A stretch of DNA of 64,000 nt from Pseudomonadota bacterium (GCA_018822545.1 JAHJKA010000089.1:921-64920), one strand, 5' to 3'; positions 49,128 to 59,146 are shown, numbered from the stretch's first letter. A program made the numbers and translations. The notes: generated from the sequence alone by a model not told the origin.

Positions 49128-49452
49128 GACCGGCAATATACCGCTGGCCAGTATCGCCGTCAAGGGGCGGTCTGCCCGGCCCAGCCGTAAAATTTGCTCA
49201 TCCTCACCGAGCCAGCTAAACATCGTTCACGCTATCCATTTTTCCCTAGACAGCTGGGTTTCGCGTAGGAGCCCGGCCAAGCTGTGATCTGCTCCCGGCA
49301 CCTAAAGCAGGGCCGCAGGTGACTTAGCCATTGCAAAAACCCGTAGCATCGGCCATATAACTGATAGGCGGTCACTGAAAATCAGTCCGCCCTACTCACT
49401 TTTTTTTGCCCCGTACAATCCCAGCTCAGCCTTTTACCTTAACCCGTGACCC

Positions 49453-50877
49453 ATGCCAGAAATACTCATCATTGACGACGATCCGGTCATTTGCACCATC
49501 ATGCAAAATAAAGTGTCCAAAATGGGGCACTCCGTCTCTGTTGCTCACACCCTCAAAGAGGGCCTTGCCAAAGCCAAGGCCGTGGCCGTGGATCTGATTT
49601 TTCTTGATGTCTACCTGCCTGACGGCAATGGCCTTACCCTCCTGCCCATCTTGACCAACCTGCCGCACCGGCCTGAGGTTATCATCTTTACCTCCAAAGG
49701 TTCCTCGGACAGTGCCGAAACAGCCATCAAAAATGGCGCCTGGGACTATCTTGAGAAACCTGTCATGACCCAGGAGCTCGCCCTTTCCCTCAAGCAAGTC
49801 CTTCTCTACCGCCAGAGCCAGCAAAAAGCCCTGGCTGTGGCGCCGACCCTGAAAGACCACGACATTATCGGCACCAGCTCGCTGATAACGAAATGCCGCG
49901 CAGAACTTGCCCTGGCTGCCCAGGGGGAAGCACACATCCTGCTCACCGGTGAAACCGGCACCGGCAAGGAACTCTTTGCCCGGGCCCTCCACGCCAACAG
50001 CAACCGCTCCCATAAGAAATTTGTGGTGGTGGATTGCGCCGCCCTGCCCGCCAACCTCATTGAGAGTGCCTTGTTTGGCCACGAACGCGGCGCCTTTACC
50101 GGCGCTGAGAAAAGCACCACCGGCCTGATCAAACAGGCGGACGGCGGCACTTTGTTCTTAGACGAGATCGGCGAGCTGCCCCTCAACCTCCAGACCCCTT
50201 TTCTCCGTGTCTTGCAGGAACATCGTTTCCGCCCGGTGGGCAGCGCCAGCGAAGATGAAAGCAATTTCCGCCTGGTGGCGGCCACCCACCGCAACCTGCC
50301 TGCCATGGCCGCCAACAAAGAGTTCCGCGAGGATCTTCTTTACCGTCTGCAGGCTCTCGTTATCGAATTACCGCCTCTGCGGGAGCGCGCCGGAGACATT
50401 GCCGAACTAACGCACCACTTTGTCAAACAGATCTGCAGCAGATACGGTATTGCCGCCAAGGAAATTGGCTCCGACACCCTGGAGATGCTGAACGCCTACC
50501 CCTGGCCCGGCAACATCCGTGAACTGGTTAACACCCTTGAGAGCGCCATCAACATCGCCTTGAATGAACCGCTCCTCTTCCCTAAACACCTGCCTATCCC
50601 GCTCCGCACCAAGGTAAAGCTGAAAAACATCAAACCGGTACTCCCTCCGGAGGCAAATAGTACCGCTGGCAGCAATGACACGGAACCTCTGTCCCATATC
50701 ACCGATTACCGTCAGTATCGGGAGTCTGTGCTGATGGCCGCTGAAAAAAAATACCTTACTGCCCTCATGACCCATACCGGTGGCTCCATCAAGGAGTCGT
50801 GCAAAATCTCCGGCCTGGGCCGCACCCGCCTCTACACCCTTCTCAAAACACATCAGATCACCCGCAACGACGACTGA
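49453..50877 (+). CDS. Sigma-54-dependent response regulator (NtrC family)
   Basis: REC domain, GETGTGKE, GAFTGA, FLDEIGE, WPGNIREL and a Fis-type HTH. Confidence 0.95.
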   Translation: MPEILIIDDDPVICTIMQNKVSKMGHSVSVAHTLKEGLAKAKAVAVDLIFLDVYLPDGNGLTLLPILTNLPHRPEVIIFTSKGSSDSAETAIKNGAWDYLEKPVMTQELALSLKQVLLYRQSQQKALAVAPTLKDHDIIGTSSLITKCRAELALAAQGEAHILLTGETGTGKELFARALHANSNRSHKKFVVVDCAALPANLIESALFGHERGAFTGAEKSTTGLIKQADGGTLFLDEIGELPLNLQTPFLRVLQEHRFRPVGSASEDESNFRLVAATHRNLPAMAANKEFREDLLYRLQALVIELPPLRERAGDIAELTHHFVKQICSRYGIAAKEIGSDTLEMLNAYPWPGNIRELVNTLESAINIALNEPLLFPKHLPIPLRTKVKLKNIKPVLPPEANSTAGSNDTEPLSHITDYRQYRESVLMAAEKKYLTALMTHTGGSIKESCKISGLGRTRLYTLLKTHQITRNDD

Positions 50878-50998
50878 GCATTCTGCCGTCCACTTGTCCA
50901 GTACAGGTAGGTATCCTGTCCACCTTTGCTGAACACTCCGCCCCACCCCTCCAAGGGACAACGTCCCGAAATAACTACAAAAAATAAATCACGCCTGC

Positions 50999-51014
50999 TG
51001 GCATGCCCCTTGCT
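50999..51014 (+). promoter_or_regulatory. Sigma-54 promoter of the cellulose-synthase-like operon
   Basis: TGGCATGCCCCTTGCT. TGTCCA/TGAACA/GGACA half-sites at 50888-50966 are candidate upstream activator sequences. Confidence 0.75.
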
Positions 51015-51090
51015 CTAGTATAGTAACATCTCCTCTTCTTCCTCCCGACTTCACTCCTTTTTTTTGATATTGGGACGTAGTGAAGTCTTG

Positions 51091-51148
51091 AAAGTTTCCG
51101 GCAAGTTGGGGTTCGGGGCACGGGCCACTCATGCTTGCCGGAAACTTT
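51091..51148 (+). promoter_or_regulatory. 5'-UTR stem-loop
   Basis: AAAGTTTCCGGCAAG...CTTGCCGGAAACTTT, perfect 15-bp arms. Confidence 0.65.
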
Positions 51149-51238
51149 CTCCTCCTCCAAATTTTATTTCATCCCTGCTGAAGCTGCGTATCCCATCAGC
51201 TCAAGTGCAGGCATGAGAAGATTTAGATTATCACTCAA

Positions 51239-53536
51239 ATGGCATCCGGCTTCAAAGACTGTATAAGCTTTCTGAGGACAATCCCATACTCCTCAAACCC
51301 GCTTAATATCGAAAGCACCCAGAACGAAAACACTCCCTATAAACAACTCGGCCCTTTCCAGTCCACCCTGGTTGTATTTTTCTTTTTGATAGGCTGCTGG
51401 TATTTAGGCTGGCGTTCGACAACGCTCTCCACCACCGCCCCCATCTTTTCCTGGACCATATATCTCGCAGAAATTTATGGCTTTATTTCAGCAGCGCTCC
51501 ATGTTTTCATGACCTGGCGCCTTACTGATCGCCAGCCCACGCCTCCAAAGGCCGGGCTCAAAATAGACGTCTTTGTCCCCACCTATAATGAGCCGACTGA
51601 AATTGTCCGCAAGACAGTGCTTGCCGCAAAGCATATGGAATACCCCCATGACACATGGCTGCTTGATGACGGCAGGCGTCCTGAAATGGCGGAACTGGCA
51701 AGACGACTTGGTGTCCATTATATCGCCCGGGACAACAACCTCCATGCCAAGGCAGGCAACCTCAACAACGCCCTGAAGCACGCCACAGGCGACTTCATCG
51801 CCATATTCGACGCTGACCATGCCCCGCAAAAAAATTTCCTGCTCAGGACGATGGGTTTCTTTTCCGACTGCAAGGTCGCCTTTATCCAGACGCCGCAGGA
51901 CTTTTTCAACCTGGACTCCTTCCAACATCGCTGGCAGAAAAAAACTAAAAGGCTGTGGACCGAGCAGTCTCTTTTCTTCAAGGTGATCCAGTGCGGCAAG
52001 GATTATTGGAACGCCTCTTTTTTCTGCGGAAGCTGCGCGGTGGTTCGCCGGAGTGCCTTGGATGCCGTGGGAGGATTTGCCACGGAAACCATCACCGAAG
52101 ACCTGCATACCTCGATCAAGTTCCACAAAGCCGGTTTCCGCTCCGTATACCTTCCGGAATCCCTTGCTTTCGGGATTGCGCCGGCAACCATTGCGCCTTT
52201 TTTGCACCAGCGTATCCGCTGGGGCCAAGGGGCCATGCAGGTTCTGCGCAAAGAGAATATCTTTTTCACTTCGCAACTGAGCATCGCCCAACGCCTGAAC
52301 TATCTGGCCTCAATTTTGACCTATTTTGACGGCTGGCAAAAAGGCCTGTTCTATATCGCCCCGGTGATCGTCTTACTCACAGGAATCCTGCCCATCGAGG
52401 CCTCCGGTCCGGAGTTCGTTCTCCATTTTCTGCCTTATTATATTTGCAGCCTATGGATGTTTGAAGAAATCGGCCGCGGCTATGGCGGTATTCTCTACAT
52501 AGAGCAATACAATTTCGCGCGATTTGCCGCCTTTGCCTGGGCCACCCTCGGCCTCTTTGTCGGCAACCTTCAATTTAAAGTAACCTCGAAGGTGCGGGAC
52601 AAGGCCCAGAATTTCTCATACCTGCTCCTTCCCCAATTTGCTGTTTTACTTCTTAACGGCTTTGCCATTCCCGCCGGCTTACTGCTTTCCTCCAGATCGA
52701 CGCATTTGCCGCAGCATGCCCTGGTCTTCAATATTTTCTGGGCAACCATGAATCTCGCCCTGGCAATCGCCCTAATCTCATACACACAGAAGACCCAGGC
52801 TTTTTTACGCTCCGAGTACAGGTTCCCAATCCCCCTTCCCATCCGCCTCTGCGATGGGTATCAGGCATCCATGGCAACCATTGACAATATCTCGCCAAGC
52901 GGTTGTCGAATCTATGGCCGTTTGCCCTCCCTTGCCAAACAATGGGGGGTGATAACCGGAGAAATTTCTCTACCATCAGGGCCTCTTGCCATCCAAGCCC
53001 TGGTTGTTTCCCAGGCCCAAACCTTATCGTCCTCCGACGACTTCGTCAGAGCGGTTGGCTGTCAGTTCATCTGGGAGGACCAGGAAAGCCGGGACCAGCT
53101 CGAACTTTTCCTGTACGGCACCGATCTGCAGTGCCGCTTGCTTGAATTAAAGGAACAAAATATAACACCAATGCAGTGGCCGAAAAAAACTGTCCCAAAC
53201 AGTGCCCGGAATGAAAACTGGGCCACATTCTCATTTAGACAAGGACAGGATAAAGCTCTTAAGTTTGGCCTGATTGCTCTGCCTGTTGACGACAGCACAC
53301 CCAACAAAATCGTCACCTTCGCCTCCCTGGATGCCGACAGCCTGATTTACGCCAACATCACTACCCGAACCAGGTTTGTTGGCATGCAGATGACCGTGCA
53401 CCCAGGATTACTGCTGGAAAATTCCGCTGGGAGCACGTATCTTTTCCCTGTTGACGACTGTCTCATCCTGCCGGAATCTCACCCCAATATCGAAATGGAA
53501 CTGGAGCCATGCCAACCAAAAAACTATCATTCATAG
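51239..53536 (+). CDS. bcsA: Cellulose synthase catalytic subunit-like GT2 with PilZ domain
   Basis: DDG, HAKAGNLN, FDAD, QTPQ, FFCGS, TED and QRIRW; PilZ motifs RSEYR and NISPSG. Confidence 0.88.
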   Translation: MASGFKDCISFLRTIPYSSNPLNIESTQNENTPYKQLGPFQSTLVVFFFLIGCWYLGWRSTTLSTTAPIFSWTIYLAEIYGFISAALHVFMTWRLTDRQPTPPKAGLKIDVFVPTYNEPTEIVRKTVLAAKHMEYPHDTWLLDDGRRPEMAELARRLGVHYIARDNNLHAKAGNLNNALKHATGDFIAIFDADHAPQKNFLLRTMGFFSDCKVAFIQTPQDFFNLDSFQHRWQKKTKRLWTEQSLFFKVIQCGKDYWNASFFCGSCAVVRRSALDAVGGFATETITEDLHTSIKFHKAGFRSVYLPESLAFGIAPATIAPFLHQRIRWGQGAMQVLRKENIFFTSQLSIAQRLNYLASILTYFDGWQKGLFYIAPVIVLLTGILPIEASGPEFVLHFLPYYICSLWMFEEIGRGYGGILYIEQYNFARFAAFAWATLGLFVGNLQFKVTSKVRDKAQNFSYLLLPQFAVLLLNGFAIPAGLLLSSRSTHLPQHALVFNIFWATMNLALAIALISYTQKTQAFLRSEYRFPIPLPIRLCDGYQASMATIDNISPSGCRIYGRLPSLAKQWGVITGEISLPSGPLAIQALVVSQAQTLSSSDDFVRAVGCQFIWEDQESRDQLELFLYGTDLQCRLLELKEQNITPMQWPKKTVPNSARNENWATFSFRQGQDKALKFGLIALPVDDSTPNKIVTFASLDADSLIYANITTRTRFVGMQMTVHPGLLLENSAGSTYLFPVDDCLILPESHPNIEMELEPCQPKNYHS

Positions 53537-54222
53537 GTGCCGTGATCGGCCTGTTAGCCGGCACACCCTTCCTCGCTCTTGCCGACCAAACCTCTGAGGT
53601 CCAGATCCTGGGAGGCCTTGAAGTCTCAAAGGATACCTCTTATGCCTACCTTGGCTGGGTGGCCCCCCTGCCCGGCAGTCAGCTTGGCAATGGCCTTGTC
53701 TATCGTCTCTGGACTGACTGGACCAATTACGCCTATGAAAAAGACAATGTCACCTACGATGCCCGCGTCCCCGGTGCGGAAGTGGCACTGGGATACCAAA
53801 AGGCCCAAAAAGATTATTGGTGGGCGGCTTATGGCGGCCCAACCTATCATCACACTCATTTTTCGCCCCAAGACACCAAAAGCAATGCTCAAGGGGGGAA
53901 ATTACGAGCCAAACTGCAGCTTGAAGGTGAACACACCCTCAAGCTGCATTGGCAGCTGGGAGGCATTGCCAGTTATATACTTGGGCAAGAAGCATACTGG
54001 ACCAGGGTTCGTTTCGCCCGGGTCCTTGCCTCGGGTAAGCTCCTTGGCTTAGAGGCCATCACCCTGGGAGACCCTGACTACAAAATACACCAGATTGGAG
54101 CCTTTGTCGGAGGCCTGAAACTTTCTGAAAACATGAATACCGGTGTCAAACTAGGCGCCAGAAAAATCGAAGGTCTCAGCCTTGATCCCTACCTCGGAGT
54201 CGAGCTAGAGTACCGATTCTAA
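53509..54222 (+). CDS. Outer-membrane beta-barrel, BcsS-like
   Basis: Signal peptide, amphipathic strands and terminal YLGVELEYRF; overlaps the bcsA end. The BcsS resemblance is by eye. Confidence 0.7.
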   Translation: MPTKKLSFIGAVIGLLAGTPFLALADQTSEVQILGGLEVSKDTSYAYLGWVAPLPGSQLGNGLVYRLWTDWTNYAYEKDNVTYDARVPGAEVALGYQKAQKDYWWAAYGGPTYHHTHFSPQDTKSNAQGGKLRAKLQLEGEHTLKLHWQLGGIASYILGQEAYWTRVRFARVLASGKLLGLEAITLGDPDYKIHQIGAFVGGLKLSENMNTGVKLGARKIEGLSLDPYLGVELEYRF

Positions 54223-54417
54223 TCTCTACACTGTACCCGACCGAGCTGACCGAATCTGGAGATCATCCTGAACAACTAGCGGGACGTCTTTCAGCCCGGA
54301 TCAAGACGCATGCACAATTTTCTACAAAAAACGGCCAAATCAAATATCATTGACTGATATCAGATGCATCCACACCGATCGCCACCCCTTTGCTGGCAGT
54401 CAATAAGGATATGGCCT

Positions 54418-55650
54418 ATGGAATCAAAATTGGTGATCGCCTTGATGGGGCTGCCGGCCCGCGGCAAATCCACCATGGCCCGTAAAATTGCCCGCACCCT
54501 GGAGCTTGATGCCCTCAAGGTACAGGTGTTCAACAATGGTGAACTACGCCGTAAGCTTGGCCAGGGCAACACCTCCGGGCCGGAGTTCTTCTCGCCCGAC
54601 AATCCCGAAGGCGTTCAATTCAGGGAAAAATGCGCCCGCCTCAACCTCGATCAGGCCAAGGCCTACCTGCAGGACAAGGGCGATATCGCCATCATCGACG
54701 CCAGCAATGTCACCCGTAAGCGCCGCCAAATGATCGAGGAAACCATGGCCGGCTGGCCCATTCTCTTTCTGGAGTGCATGAACGCCGACGAAGAGGCCCT
54801 GGAGGCCAATCTGGAGCGCAAGGCCAACCTGAAAGAGTTTGCCCATCTGTCGCCGGAGGAGGCCATCGACAGCTTTGCCAAGCGCATTTCCTATTACGAA
54901 AGCATCTACGAACCACTGCACATGGAGCGCAACCGTATCCTGGTAGATTCCTTTGCCGGCTGCATCCTGCAGGAGAAACTGGCGGACGTGGTGCCCTATT
55001 ACGACCGGATCCGCGATCTGGTTACCACCCGCATCGTCAAAAATCTCTTTCTGGTACGCCACGGCGAGACCTTTTTCAACCTGGTAGACCGCATCGGCGG
55101 TGATTCGCAGCTCACCGAAAAAGGCCTGGCCCAGGCCCGAGCCCTGGCCGCCTATTTCAGCACGGTGCGCATCCCCATCATCTTCACCAGCAACTACATC
55201 CGCACCCTGCAAACCGCCGCCCCCATTGCCGAAATGCAGGAACACAGCTCACTTATCGCCCTGCCCGAATTTAACGAGATCCACGCCGGCGTCTGCGACG
55301 GCATGACCTACCAGGAGATTCAGGCGAAAATACCCGAGGTGGCCAATGCCCGCAAACGGGACAAATACGGCTACACCTACCCCCAGGGCGAGGGCTATGC
55401 CACCATGGAACAGCGTATCCACCGCGGCCTGCAGAAGGTCTTTTACCTAAACAATTACGATGACAACATCATGATTGTCGGCCACCGGGCGGTGAACCGG
55501 ATGATCCTCTCCGATTTCGTCTTTCGCCAGAAAGAAGAGGTTCCCTATATCTACATGCCGCAGGACCGCTACTACCACATCCAGATCGACCCCCACAAAA
55601 AGCATTTCGAGCTGAAACCCTACGCCAATAACCAACTCAAGGATAGCTGA
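54418..55650 (+). CDS. Bifunctional 6-phosphofructo-2-kinase/fructose-2,6-bisphosphatase-like protein
   Basis: Kinase motifs MGLPARGKS, VFNNGELRR and DASNVTRKRR; histidine phosphatase motifs LVRHGE, RIGGDS, NEIHAGVCDG and GHRAVNR. Confidence 0.9.
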   Translation: MESKLVIALMGLPARGKSTMARKIARTLELDALKVQVFNNGELRRKLGQGNTSGPEFFSPDNPEGVQFREKCARLNLDQAKAYLQDKGDIAIIDASNVTRKRRQMIEETMAGWPILFLECMNADEEALEANLERKANLKEFAHLSPEEAIDSFAKRISYYESIYEPLHMERNRILVDSFAGCILQEKLADVVPYYDRIRDLVTTRIVKNLFLVRHGETFFNLVDRIGGDSQLTEKGLAQARALAAYFSTVRIPIIFTSNYIRTLQTAAPIAEMQEHSSLIALPEFNEIHAGVCDGMTYQEIQAKIPEVANARKRDKYGYTYPQGEGYATMEQRIHRGLQKVFYLNNYDDNIMIVGHRAVNRMILSDFVFRQKEEVPYIYMPQDRYYHIQIDPHKKHFELKPYANNQLKDS

Positions 55651-56025
55651 CAGGGAGGGGATTGCCGTAAACATCCCCTTCGCCATTAAAAACCGTTCAA
55701 GACCGCCACAATCATTATTTTTTGCCCTTTTATTCATCCTGGCCATCGCTGAGCCAGGATCGCCCCCCCACCTCCCGGCCTTCTCCCAAATAGCGGCGTC
55801 AAACCACATATCCCTCGCCTCGTGTTTCCATTTTTCAGGACAGCTTCTCGGCGGATCTCCCCATTCCATGGCAGGTCGCCCTTATCGTTTTCCGTTATTC
55901 CGGACAATTGTTCGTTCAGCTGACGATGATAGGGTGAAAGAGCAAGCTGCCTGGGTCCATGGTGACATTTTAACCCATTGAATATTCGCATATTCTCCCT
56001 ATTCCTTGTTTTACCCGGCCTCGGA

Positions 56026-56041
56026 AGGTGCATATTTTGCA
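56026..56041 (+). promoter_or_regulatory. Probable sigma-54 promoter of the PEP-CTERM gene
   Basis: AGGTGCATATTTTGCA has GG-N10-GC spacing with TTGCA at -12. Confidence 0.5.
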
Positions 56042-56109
56042 TTTTGTATAGAAGTAGACGGCTGAAATAGGTCCAATTGAGACCAGGAATGAGCACGAGG
56101 AGAGCAAAC

Positions 56110-56883
56110 ATGACACGCACAACTCATCAAAAACACCTAGTGGGACTGGCTCTTACCCTGTTATCGCTTTGTCACTTATCTCCCGCTTCGGCGTTGAGTC
56201 TGGATTTGACAACCGGCGGCGATGGCTGGATAAATGGTGGCTTTTTTTCCGTGGATGAGATGAACCCAGCGGGCACCGGCTACATAGAACCCTTTGTGCG
56301 CCTGCAAGCCGTTGGCACTGCGGCGGCCAGGTTTGACCAGGAGGGGACAAATACACTTCAAAAAACAGTGCTTGATGAGAAACCAGCCTGGATCTCTGTG
56401 TATCAGCTAACAACCGATCATCTTTTTAATGTCGGTGGCCAGAATTATGCGAATTTTATTCTTGATACGGACGAACCGGCCTCCAAGGAGGGAATCACGC
56501 TGACAAACCTGATATTATACACCGATAGCTCTGATCAGAAATATCCCTATCCGACTCAAGGTGACACAGGACTTCTGGCGGGTGTGAGTTGGTCAATGGA
56601 TGTGGGCAGCGATGGCGATTCCGAGGTTCTGCTCGACTACACCCTCATTGGCGGGGGCAGTGGTTGGTGGGGTGATTTAAGTGTTTTAGTACCGATCCAA
56701 AATTCGGATATCGGGAAATATTTCTACCTCTACTCCGCATTTACCGACTGCGACAATAACCCTGAAGAGTGGAGCATTGTTTCAACTTCTGCCCAGGTTC
56801 CAGAACCAACCACCATGCTCCTTTTCGGTACAGGACTAGCCGGTCTGGCCAGCGCAAGAATCAGACGTAAAAAGAAAGGGTGA
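56110..56883 (+). CDS. PEP-CTERM sorting domain protein
   Basis: Signal peptide; C-terminal VPEPTTMLLFGTGLAGLASARIRRKKKG. Confidence 0.95.
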   Translation: MTRTTHQKHLVGLALTLLSLCHLSPASALSLDLTTGGDGWINGGFFSVDEMNPAGTGYIEPFVRLQAVGTAAARFDQEGTNTLQKTVLDEKPAWISVYQLTTDHLFNVGGQNYANFILDTDEPASKEGITLTNLILYTDSSDQKYPYPTQGDTGLLAGVSWSMDVGSDGDSEVLLDYTLIGGGSGWWGDLSVLVPIQNSDIGKYFYLYSAFTDCDNNPEEWSIVSTSAQVPEPTTMLLFGTGLAGLASARIRRKKKG

Positions 56884-56918
56884 CCGGGGCAGGCCAACCA
56901 GACCGCATGACGTAACCA

Positions 56919-56946
56919 AAAGGGCCAGGTGTTAACCTGGCCCTTT
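56919..56946 (+). terminator. Intrinsic terminator
   Basis: AAAGGGCCAGGT-GTTA-ACCTGGCCCTTT. Confidence 0.8.
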
Positions 56947-57240
56947 CTGCATAACCGCACATGGGCGCCAGCATAGTTCCCTATGGCTCCCACTCCACTT
57001 TCCAAACTTTTACTTTCGCGTCCTAGCCCTCTTGCTCGCCATACCAGCTGCAATACTTCCCCGGCTGTATTTACAGGCAGGGGATCAATAATGATTGGGG
57101 CGAGGCAACGGCAGAGTCACTATGATAATAGTTTTCCAGGCCGGCCTTGGTGGCGTCCAGGAATTCAGGATGACGCTCGGTGCGACTGGTATTTCTGGAG
57201 CGTGGAAAAAAATGGAATTAAACAACTCTGTCCGATTTCC

Positions 57241-57819
57241 TCAGGGAGCAGCGAGCAGCCTGCTGACAACTTTTTTAAAATGATCCAGGGACACCGGCAT
57301 AATCTCGATGGGCACCTGGGTCAGGTCAAAGAACTCCATCAGCATCTCATCGGGAAGTGGCACCAGGCCACTATCCAGCAGGAGGATGCGATCATAGTGG
57401 CCGAGGTTGATGCGGACATCTTCCACGGTCCAAAATCCATCGCTGATGGAGTTGTTGATCATGTCGATCCAGGCCGGGGTCATGATGGTGGTGCGCTTAT
57501 CGGCCAGGACCCTGGCCTTCTTGCGACCCAGGATGATCTCGAGGCAGTTATGGCCGGCGGGTAAGGTGCCGCCACAGCTCTCGGCAATCTGGCTGAGCGG
57601 CAGCTGGGCCTGGCACTCCTGCCCCACCAGCAACGAGATGGCCGCCCCCTCTGCCCCTGCCGTGGCAATACAACGGGCCAGCTCCTCGGCCATGGCCTTG
57701 GCACTGTTATGAACCCGATAGTCCATGAACTGCACCATCGGCTCCGCCGCTAATTCCGGCAACACAGCGGCAAGCTCTTTGGCAAAGATCGGGCAGGCAA
57801 TGAGATGGTGTTTCTTCAT
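57241..57819 (-). CDS. DUF1638 domain protein
   Basis: LIACPIF, H...GQEC, HNCLEIILG, TPAW and YDRILLLDSG. Confidence 0.75.
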   Translation of the reverse strand: MKKHHLIACPIFAKELAAVLPELAAEPMVQFMDYRVHNSAKAMAEELARCIATAGAEGAAISLLVGQECQAQLPLSQIAESCGGTLPAGHNCLEIILGRKKARVLADKRTTIMTPAWIDMINNSISDGFWTVEDVRINLGHYDRILLLDSGLVPLPDEMLMEFFDLTQVPIEIMPVSLDHFKKVVSRLLAAP

Positions 57820-58044
57820 GAGAACGGAGGGTAGGGACAAGGGGTCAGACCTTTACGACGTTTCGAGCCGGTGATGGTCTCCTGTTTCCTTAAGGCTTGC
57901 GTTCCTTGAATTGCCAAAACAAGAGTCAAACAGAATCATTACCCTTTTTTGCACAGATTATGCATATCTTTCCATTGTCTTCATTCGATCTTATTTTATT
58001 GAAAAGTCTTTTATCTCGTAAAACTTTTTTAAAGGAGGTGGGCT

Positions 58045-58611
58045 ATGACCGAGATCGGCAAAACAAAACTCCAGGGTCAGCCATCCAAGGTAATGCATGA
58101 AAAAACCACCAAGGAGCTGGACGCCAAGAAAATGCGTGGTCACGATGGTGAAAAAGCCGTGGATGGCGATGTGAAACTTGCCATGAAGGCGAAATTGGTT
58201 GAATTCTTGCTGGTTGTCAAAAGCGAATCCAAGAAGAATTTCGAGGCGCAGTCCGGCGTCAAACAGCGCACCACCGGTGAAGGCCTCGATCTTGAGAAGA
58301 TGCAGTATAATGGCAAGCCTCTCACCGAACTGAGCCCCGAAGAGGCGCAGGTTCTGGTTGCTGACGACGGTTACTTCGGCGTCACCAAGACCGCTGAGCG
58401 TATCGCCAATTTTGTTCTCTCTGGAGGCGGTGATAATCTTGAGCGTTTGCAAGCCGGGCGCGCAGGCGTGCAAAATGGTTTTCAAGAAGCGGAAGAGGCC
58501 TGGGGCGGAAAGCTGCCGGAGATCAGTTACCAGACCTTGGATAAGGCCCTGGAAATCATTGATACCAAGATTAAGGAGTTAGGAGGGGCGCTGGTCGATG
58601 TCAAGGCCTGA
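58045..58611 (+). CDS. Conserved hypothetical protein (DUF5610-like)
   Basis: EAQVLVADDGYFGV..TAERI..F, GFQEAEEAWGGKLPEISYQT; RBS AAGGAGGT. Confidence 0.7.
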   Translation: MTEIGKTKLQGQPSKVMHEKTTKELDAKKMRGHDGEKAVDGDVKLAMKAKLVEFLLVVKSESKKNFEAQSGVKQRTTGEGLDLEKMQYNGKPLTELSPEEAQVLVADDGYFGVTKTAERIANFVLSGGGDNLERLQAGRAGVQNGFQEAEEAWGGKLPEISYQTLDKALEIIDTKIKELGGALVDVKA

Positions 58612-58653
58612 TGCGTGTTTCATAGGGACAGGGCAGGGCAATAAGAAGTTTTT

Positions 58654-58795
58654 TTCTGATTACCACTGTGTTTCAGTCACCCCAGCGACATATCACAACT
58701 AGCAGAAATAAAGAGAGTTTTTCTTGACCAACGAGTCATTCCCACGAAAGCGGGAATGACTCGTCAGTCTGGCTGAAAGACGGTGGTAATCAGAA
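58654..58795. mobile_element. MITE-like 142-bp element with an internal REP-like hairpin
   Basis: 26-bp imperfect terminal inverted repeats (23/26), TTCTGATTACCACTGTGTTTCAGTCA / TGGCTGAAAGACGGTGGTAATCAGAA; inner hairpin ACGAGTCATTCCC-N8-GGGAATGACTCGT. Confidence 0.55.
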
Positions 58796-58813
58796 TTCGT
58801 ATTTCTCTTGTTG

Positions 58814-59146
58814 TCAGGGGGTTATTGTGATTGTGGTTTCCGCCAAGGAAATAGCTACTCCGCTTATGACTATGAGTGCCGCATCCACAGCAACAGTGAC
58901 TGGCGTTGCAAAGAGTCGTATGCTGTACTCTGAAAGTTTGCGCATATTCGACTTAGGGACATAATAAGACGAATTCGCATCATCTTGAATAAAATCCATT
59001 TTTTTATCTCGCAGTTCCTGTGCCGTTATCTCTGTGTACAGGATCTGAATATAGCCGTCTGGATCATAAGATTCCCAGAGTGCACTTGTGCAACAAGAGC
59101 TGCAGAGAAAGACTATGGCTAATAATATTGCTATGAGATGTTTCAT
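58814..59146 (-). CDS. Small hypothetical lipoprotein
   Basis: MKHLIAILLAIVFLCSSCC signal/lipobox; hydrophobic tail ATPVTVAVDAA; AT-rich. Confidence 0.65.
   Translation of the reverse strand: MKHLIAILLAIVFLCSSCCTSALWESYDPDGYIQILYTEITAQELRDKKMDFIQDDANSSYYVPKSNMRKLSEYSIRLFATPVTVAVDAALIVISGVAISLAETTITITP

Noticed and set aside
58045-58611. Possible hydrogenase subunit (similar proteins are sometimes labelled hydrogenase-4 component G)
   Set aside because: No Cys or NiFe motifs and no hydrogenase genes nearby.
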